Both the position numbers and the translations under genes were made by a program. From positions 495,919-559,918 of the forward strand of contig CAVXQD010000007.1 in the NCBI GenBank assembly GCA_963763885.1: DNA of 64,000 bases. Reading direction: 5' to 3'. The notes beneath the pieces were generated by a model. That model was not told the DNA's origin and searched no databases. It saw nothing but the letters and a program-made list of their open reading frames with translations. Position 1 is the stretch's first letter, and each line of letters opens with the position of its first letter. This DNA is from an uncultured Acidimicrobiales bacterium (GTDB lineage: Bacteria > Actinomycetota > Acidimicrobiia > Acidimicrobiales > JANYDT01). Of this stretch, positions 58,854 to 64,000 are shown piece after piece.

Positions 58854-59432
58854 ATGACCCACGCAGACACCGCAACCAGTCAGGCCACCGGCAACGGCAC
58901 CGGAGTGGTCCTGCTCGACCCAACCGGAGAGCGCTCGCCAACCACACGTTCCATCAACCCACGGCTCCCAAGCCTTGAGGGACTTACCGTTGGCCTGCTG
59001 GACATTTCAAAGCCACGCGGCGATGTGTTTCTGAACCAGGTCGAGCAGCGCCTGCACGAACGCGGGATTGCGACAAAGCGGTATCGCAAACCGACTTACA
59101 CCAAGCCAGCACCGGCCGACCTGCGTCACCAGATTTCGGTGGAGTGCCAGGCGGTGATCGAAGCCCTCGCCGATTGAGGCAGTTGCACGTCGTGCAGTGT
59201 GCACGACATCGCAGACCTTGAAGACCGCGGCGTCATCGGCGTCTTTGTTGCATCAGATGTGTTCACTGACGCAGCAAACGCGCAGAGCGCCTCGCTTGGC
59301 ATCGAACCAGCACGACTCTTCGTTGCCCATCCAATCCAAGACCGGACCGACGACGAGATGCGTGCCCTCGCTGACGACGCCGTAGCAGCACTCTTGCAAC
59401 GCCTCACCAGCCTCACCAGCCTCACCACATAA
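58854..59432 (+). CDS. selenoprotein candidate with UGSC motif (TGA 59175-59177 read as Sec)
   Basis: ATG 58854 with AGGAG 7 nt upstream. The tail of ORF 57954..59177 and ORF 59199..59432 are in the same frame, separated only by TGA. Read-through gives EALAD-U-GSCTSCSVHD. A hairpin starts 11 nt after the TGA. Confidence 0.7.
59189..59207 (+). promoter_or_regulatory. putative bacterial SECIS upper stem-loop
   Basis: GTCGTGCA-gtg-TGCACGAC: perfect 8-bp stem with a G/U loop. The first stem base is 11 nt downstream of the UGA. Confidence 0.55.
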
Positions 59433-59444
59433 TCAGCTCGTTCA

Positions 59445-59482
59445 TCCGTCACGAAACCAACCAAAAAGGCGGTTTCGTGACG
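59445..59482 (+). terminator. 13-bp-stem hairpin after the selenoprotein gene
   Basis: ccgtcacgaaacc / ggtttcgtgacgg perfect arms with a 12-nt A-rich loop, 13 nt after the stop. There is no clear U-tract. Confidence 0.4.
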
Positions 59483-59556
59483 GATCGCAGCTGTTGGTGC
59501 TCGTTCTCACCAGTCCAGGTGAACCGCCTTTCACTCGGTGTCGATAACCTGCCAGC

Positions 59557-60534
59557 ATGAGTCTTCGGTCGATCCGCCGCGCCCTGAACGCGCTGCTGAT
59601 CGTCTGTGCGGCGCTGGTCGCCGTCGCAGTCACCCTCGACGCGTTCAGCTTTGGACCGCGCGCAGACGCTGACATCACCGGGGCAACGCTCGTGACACAG
59701 CCGGTTCCTTTCGGTACAGATCCCCCAAGACCCAACATCCAGCCGGTCACAACCATCAGGCGCGAGCCACGTTCGTGCCCCGCCACCAAAATCATGCCGT
59801 TCGGCGGGTCGCTCACCGCCGGCCCTGACAGCTACCGCGGGCCGATCATGACCACGATGAACCAACGGCGGATCCCGCTTGACCTCGTCGGTTCACAGCG
59901 AGCGCTCTCACGAACCGGCGGCGACCCGGACAACGAGGCATACGCGAGGTATCGGATTGGACCGGACTCCGCTGTCGACGCGGCCGGCAAACCAGCAAGC
60001 CTTGCAGCGGTGATTGACTCCACCATCAAGGTCAGCAAACCCGACGTAATCCTGATTCATACGGGCACAGACGACCTGCTTGACCCCGAAGCAGCAGCGT
60101 CCCTGCCCAGTGCCCTGACGGGTCTGGTGACGCGCATCAAGGATGCGAGCCCGGCATCGCTGATCATCGTTGCCGAACTGCCGCCTACCGCTTCTCACCC
60201 GGCTGATTCAACGTTTGTTGCCGCTTACAACGCCCGGGCACGACTGCTGGCCGACGCCGATGCGTTCGACGCTCTGTTCTTTGCTGCCACCAACCAGAAG
60301 TTGGCCAAACTCGGGTTTGACCCAGCGATTGACATGACGGCGGATCAACGTGAATTCACGCCGTCGGGGGGACGCAAGTTCACCATCGCCATCGAACCAA
60401 TCATCGCTGGCGCCATCGTGCGCGACCGCAGCCGACGCTGCGTCGTGGTCCCGCAACGAACCGCTTCCACAACGGCAGCGACAACCTCCACCACGCTGCC
60501 ACTGATCGACGATTCGGACTTCATCACCGATTGA
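59557..60534 (+). CDS. secreted SGNH/GDSL-like hydrolase family protein
   Basis: TM/signal segment, then IMPFGGSLTAG (block I-like, GGS instead of GDS), ILIHTGTDD and the overall SGNH layout. Assignment is moderate. Confidence 0.5.
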   Translation: MSLRSIRRALNALLIVCAALVAVAVTLDAFSFGPRADADITGATLVTQPVPFGTDPPRPNIQPVTTIRREPRSCPATKIMPFGGSLTAGPDSYRGPIMTTMNQRRIPLDLVGSQRALSRTGGDPDNEAYARYRIGPDSAVDAAGKPASLAAVIDSTIKVSKPDVILIHTGTDDLLDPEAAASLPSALTGLVTRIKDASPASLIIVAELPPTASHPADSTFVAAYNARARLLADADAFDALFFAATNQKLAKLGFDPAIDMTADQREFTPSGGRKFTIAIEPIIAGAIVRDRSRRCVVVPQRTASTTAATTSTTLPLIDDSDFITD

Positions 60535-60574
60535 TCGCTACGGCGCAGAGTCGCTGACCGGATGGGCTCCTGAC

Positions 60575-61702
60575 CTAGTTACCCGGTAGCTTGACTCGGC
60601 CTCCCACAAGTTCCATCAGGCCGTCGGTAACCAGCGACTGGATGAGGCGAGAAGCCCGTTGCGGGTCGTGCTCCAGTCCCACCAGAGCAGCGACCTCATC
60701 GACCCTGCTGCCTTGAGCTGCGAGCCTCAGCACCCGACCCCTGAACTGACGATCGCTTCCAGCAAAACGGGACTGCGGCAAGGAGACACCCGCTGTTCCA
60801 GTCGCTGGATCTGCAGGCGGGGGATCTGAACCGGTCAGCGCAATTCCATAAGCGCACATAGCGGCCACGGGACACCGATCGCAGTTTGGATCGGTGCGGG
60901 TGCATACCAACGCTCCCAGATCCAGCATCGCCTGGTTCCACGCCCATCCTTGGCCGTCCGGCAATGCAGCATCGGCGGCTGCCTGCACCTCGAATCGATT
61001 CATCGTCCGGTTTGCCCAACGTGCAAGCAGTCGTGCGGTGTTGGTGTCGACCACAGCCACGTCGGCTTCGAAGGCGAATGCCAACACCGCTCTGGCCGTG
61101 TAGTCACCAACCCCGGGGAGCAGCAGGAGGGTGTCCAGCGTACGAGGGAACCCTTCGCTGTTCTCCTCCATCTGGGCAGCCAACAATTGCGCCGCTTGGT
61201 GCAGGTGTTTGGCACGCCGCGGGTACCCGAGGCCCTCCCACAGCCTCAGCACGTCGCCAAGCGGGGACGCAGCGCATGCCTGCGGCGTTGGCCAACGTTC
61301 CAGGAACTCCAGCCACTTGGGTATGACCCTGTGCACCTGGGTCTGCTGCGCCATCACCTCGCTCACCAGCACCGCCCACGGGTCGCGTGTGTGACGCCAC
61401 GGAAGGTCTCTACCATGCTGGCCCGCCCAGCTCAATACGGGCGCGGCCGAGTGGTGAACGGAGGGATCGGAGTTGAACCCGAGGTTGAGCAACCCATCAG
61501 ACGCGGGCGCGGCCGAGTGGTGAACGGAGGGATCGGAGTTGAACCCGAGGTTGAGCAACCCATCAGACACGGCCCGAGCCCTGGACTCCTTGAGCGTCAC
61601 GGCGGGCTGCGATACACCTGATCGCCGAGCCATGGCAGCCATTCTGGCCGCCTCTCCTGGGGGATTGCGACCGTCTCGGACCCATTTGGATCGATTGGAC
61701 AA
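60575..61702 (-). CDS. mutY: A/G-specific adenine glycosylase MutY with N-terminal extension
   Basis: LPWRHTRDPWAVLVSEVMAQQTQV, HhH-GPD LPGVGDYTARAVL, and the Fe-S cluster loop CTRTDPNCDRCPVAAMC. Confidence 0.85.
   Translation of the reverse strand: MSNRSKWVRDGRNPPGEAARMAAMARRSGVSQPAVTLKESRARAVSDGLLNLGFNSDPSVHHSAAPASDGLLNLGFNSDPSVHHSAAPVLSWAGQHGRDLPWRHTRDPWAVLVSEVMAQQTQVHRVIPKWLEFLERWPTPQACAASPLGDVLRLWEGLGYPRRAKHLHQAAQLLAAQMEENSEGFPRTLDTLLLLPGVGDYTARAVLAFAFEADVAVVDTNTARLLARWANRTMNRFEVQAAADAALPDGQGWAWNQAMLDLGALVCTRTDPNCDRCPVAAMCAYGIALTGSDPPPADPATGTAGVSLPQSRFAGSDRQFRGRVLRLAAQGSRVDEVAALVGLEHDPQRASRLIQSLVTDGLMELVGGRVKLPGN
61441..61572. repeat. 66-bp tandem duplication (65/66 identical)
   Basis: Units 61441-61506 and 61507-61572; encodes SDGLLNLGFNSDPSVHHSAAP(A/V) twice in the MutY N-terminal extension. 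Confidence 0.95.
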
Positions 61703-61748
61703 CGAGCCCGACTGTCGATGTGAGCGGAAGCCTCGGTAGCCTGTCGGA

Positions 61749-63428
61749 ATGGCAGATCAGCTTGCTCCCGTTCCGTCCGCACTCCCAACTCCTCTTCCAG
61801 AGCCAGACATGACCGCAGCCGCTGCTGTGGTTGGTCAATGCCGGGCAGTTGTTGACGCAGCCATCAACCACCTTGCAGCGTCGGGAGGACGGGCCGACGA
61901 AATCGTCGACGCCAACCAGCAGGTTGCCTACGACCTTGCCCACGCTGCTGCTGCCGTGGAGAACGCTCGCTCCGTTATCGATTACGGCGCACGGGGGAAC
62001 ATCGAGGGCCGAATCGCTTGTGCATTCGTCGCTGATGCTGCCCACGATGTGTTCACCCGCATGCTTGGCCGCGAAGCCGAATGGGGCGTGGCCTCAGGCG
62101 GTCTCGACGCAGCACTTTCGTTCATCCGCAGCTATCGATCCCCCGCCTATCTCGCTGCGCTGGGAGACGATGTCATCGCCGTCGGCGGTGGTCCCCGTCA
62201 CCTGGACCCAGACTTCGACATGGTCGCCGATACGTTCCGACGCTTCGCCGACGAGCAAGTACAGGTCCACGCCGAGCACGTGCATCGGCACAACGCAGAC
62301 GTGCCGGAAAGCGTCATCAACGGCCTGGCGGAGATGGGTGGCTTCGGGCTGTCGGTGCCAGAGGAATACGGCGGCTTCTCCACGGGCGGCGAAGGTGAAT
62401 ACCTGGGCATGGTGGTCGCCACTGAAGAGCTTTCCCGCGGTTCGCTTGGCATCGGCGGATCGCTCATCACCCGACCAGAGATCCTCACCCGTGCCCTGGT
62501 ACGTGGTGGCACCGATGCACAGAAGCAAGAGTGGCTGCCCAAGATCGCAACAGCAGAGGTGCTGGGTGCGGTTGCCGCAACCGAACCTGACTATGGCTCC
62601 GATGTTGCTGGTTTCAAAGTCACCGCCACCGCCGTCCAAGACGGTGCCGCGTACGCAATCAACGGTGTCAAGACCTGGTGCACGTTCGCCGCACGCGCAA
62701 ACGTGCTCCTGCTCCTTGCACGGACAGACCCAGACCGCAGCAAGGCTCACCGTGGTTTGTCCATGTTCCTGGTGCCAAAGCCTGTTGCAGACGGCCACGG
62801 TTTCGCGTTCACCGAGACTTACGCAGACGGCACCATCGGCAAGTTGGAAGGCCGCCCAATCGACACCTTGGGATACCGAGGTATGCACTCATATGAAATC
62901 GCGTTGGAGAACTGGCGCGTTCCTGCTGACCATCTCATCGGCGGCGAGGGCGGGCTCGGCAAGGGCTTTTACTTCCAGATGGAAGGGTTCGAAAACGGGC
63001 GCCTTCAAACGGCTGCACGTGCAGTTGGACTCATGCAGGCTGCATACGAAGCAGCCGTGGCGTATGCCGCCAACCGGCGTGTGTTCGGCAAGGACATCGT
63101 GGAGTATCAGCTCACCAAGGTGAAACTGGCACGTATGGCTGTGGTCATTCAGGCCAGCCGGCAGTTCTCTTACGACGTGGCCAAGATGATGGGCAAGGGT
63201 GACGGGGCGATGGAAGCCTCGATGGTCAAGGCCTACGTCTGCCGGGCTGCGGAATGGGTGACGCGTGAGGCCATGCAGATCCACGGTGGCATGGGCTACG
63301 CCGAGGAGTATGCGGTCAGCCGCTACTTCGTGGATGCTCGTGTGCTGTCGATCTTTGAAGGTGCTGACGAGACGCTGTGTCTCAAGGTCATCGCCCGACG
63401 CTTGTTGGAATCCGCCGGAGCCAAGTGA
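61749..63428 (+). CDS. acyl-CoA dehydrogenase family protein
   Basis: 559 aa with ...GSDVAG..., ...INGVKTWCTFA... and the C-terminal ...QIHGGMGYAEEYAVSRYFVDARV..IFEGA pattern. Confidence 0.85.
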   Translation: MADQLAPVPSALPTPLPEPDMTAAAAVVGQCRAVVDAAINHLAASGGRADEIVDANQQVAYDLAHAAAAVENARSVIDYGARGNIEGRIACAFVADAAHDVFTRMLGREAEWGVASGGLDAALSFIRSYRSPAYLAALGDDVIAVGGGPRHLDPDFDMVADTFRRFADEQVQVHAEHVHRHNADVPESVINGLAEMGGFGLSVPEEYGGFSTGGEGEYLGMVVATEELSRGSLGIGGSLITRPEILTRALVRGGTDAQKQEWLPKIATAEVLGAVAATEPDYGSDVAGFKVTATAVQDGAAYAINGVKTWCTFAARANVLLLLARTDPDRSKAHRGLSMFLVPKPVADGHGFAFTETYADGTIGKLEGRPIDTLGYRGMHSYEIALENWRVPADHLIGGEGGLGKGFYFQMEGFENGRLQTAARAVGLMQAAYEAAVAYAANRRVFGKDIVEYQLTKVKLARMAVVIQASRQFSYDVAKMMGKGDGAMEASMVKAYVCRAAEWVTREAMQIHGGMGYAEEYAVSRYFVDARVLSIFEGADETLCLKVIARRLLESAGAK

Positions 63429-63432
63429 CAGC

Positions 63433-63834
63433 GTGAACGTCTACCGAGTCACTGTCCGAGGCGAGTTCAAGGGTTTGTCCCCGCGCGCCAAGTCGTGGCT
63501 CGCAGCGTCGGCCGACCAGCACGACCTGTTCCTCAGTTCCTTTACCGAGGAAGGCACGCTCACCTACGATGCCCAACTCCGAGCGTTCAACCTTCGCTAT
63601 GAAGTTCGCCTGGCACCTGACAGCGGGCCAGAAGGTGGGCCGAAACCTGGCCCGAAAGCTGACCTGGAAAACGAAACGGCCACCGGAGACCCGGCAGCCG
63701 TTGCATTGAAAGAAGCTGAACTTTTCTTGCGAACCATGGGTTTGGCTCATGGACCACTGCGGAGTGCGGTGATGGACATGAACGCCATGACGGCCAAAAG
63801 TGAACGGCGGTCGGCGAGTCAGCCCATTGGGTGA
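63433..63834 (+). CDS. hypothetical protein
   Basis: GTG start 5 nt after the ACAD stop (VNVYRVTVRGEFKGLS...). No motif recognised with confidence. Confidence 0.45.
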   Translation: MNVYRVTVRGEFKGLSPRAKSWLAASADQHDLFLSSFTEEGTLTYDAQLRAFNLRYEVRLAPDSGPEGGPKPGPKADLENETATGDPAAVALKEAELFLRTMGLAHGPLRSAVMDMNAMTAKSERRSASQPIG

Positions 63835-63858
63835 CACAACCGCTGTTGTGAACTGAGG

Positions 63859-64000
63859 TCAGGAAGACTGTGCTTCGCGGGCTTGCTGGGCCAGGTCGCT
63901 CATCATCTTGCGGCTGACGGTTGGGTGGGCGCCCAGCAAGGTGGAGAACTCTCGTGCGCCGAACACCAGCAAGCGGGCGTCGGAAAGCGCTGTGACCGTT
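63859..64000 (-). CDS. C-terminal end of a cyclic-nucleotide-binding-domain-like protein (partial, start beyond the window)
   Basis: Own translation: ...ARLLVFGAREFSTLLGAHPTVSRKMMSDLAQQAREAQSS*, the typical end of a cNMP-binding domain. Confidence 0.45.
   Translation of the reverse strand, partial: TVTALSDARLLVFGAREFSTLLGAHPTVSRKMMSDLAQQAREAQSS

Noticed and set aside
57954-59177. 407-aa ORF-track entry that looks like a large gene
   Set aside because: About 300 of its codons overlap the thioredoxin-like gene 57340..58806 out of frame and read as Arg/Pro-rich GC noise. Only the last 107 codons (from ATG 58854) are credible, and they belong to the selenoprotein.

Overview
High-GC (roughly 60-65% by eye) chromosomal window of Actinomycetota type. 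Lineage markers are WhiB, glnX-glnH-pknG, actinobacterial suf genes with a SufB intein, and a DUF222-HNH (REP13E12-like) element. I support about 45 protein genes. I found no rRNA, tRNA or CRISPR array. Main observations: (1) A selenoprotein gene is hidden by the ORF track: two same-frame ORF pieces are joined by an in-frame TGA (59175-59177), giving a U-G-S-C motif, with a SECIS-like hairpin starting exactly 11 nt downstream. It sits next to a thioredoxin-like partner gene. (2) A seven-gene, translationally coupled signalling operon (10708-19592) reads GlnX-like membrane protein, GlnH-like binding protein, unknown coiled-coil protein, PknG-like kinase, PP2C phosphatase, vWA protein, FHA protein. 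The kinase, phosphatase and FHA proteins all carry N-terminal double zinc ribbons. This is my best candidate for an uncharacterised system. (3) A DUF222-HNH endonuclease gene is bracketed by two nested pairs of inverted repeats built on the palindrome GATGCAGCTGCATC, and a fifth copy lies inside the gene. (4) The suf Fe-S pathway is scattered over three loci: sufC1 divergent from sufS-sufU; a sufD-Rieske fusion plus sufC2; and sufB with a LAGLIDADG intein. About 7 kb is wedged between sufB and sufD. (5) A low-GC island carrying an S1 serine protease appears to have replaced the middle of a two-component system. (6) Several genes have internal frame breaks (SufB intein, giant repeat surface protein, GH-CBM2 linker, a dehydratase N-terminus), which means either indel errors or gene decay. 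(7) There are many short tandem repeats in intergenic and linker DNA. All family names come from reading motifs in the translations; no database search was possible.
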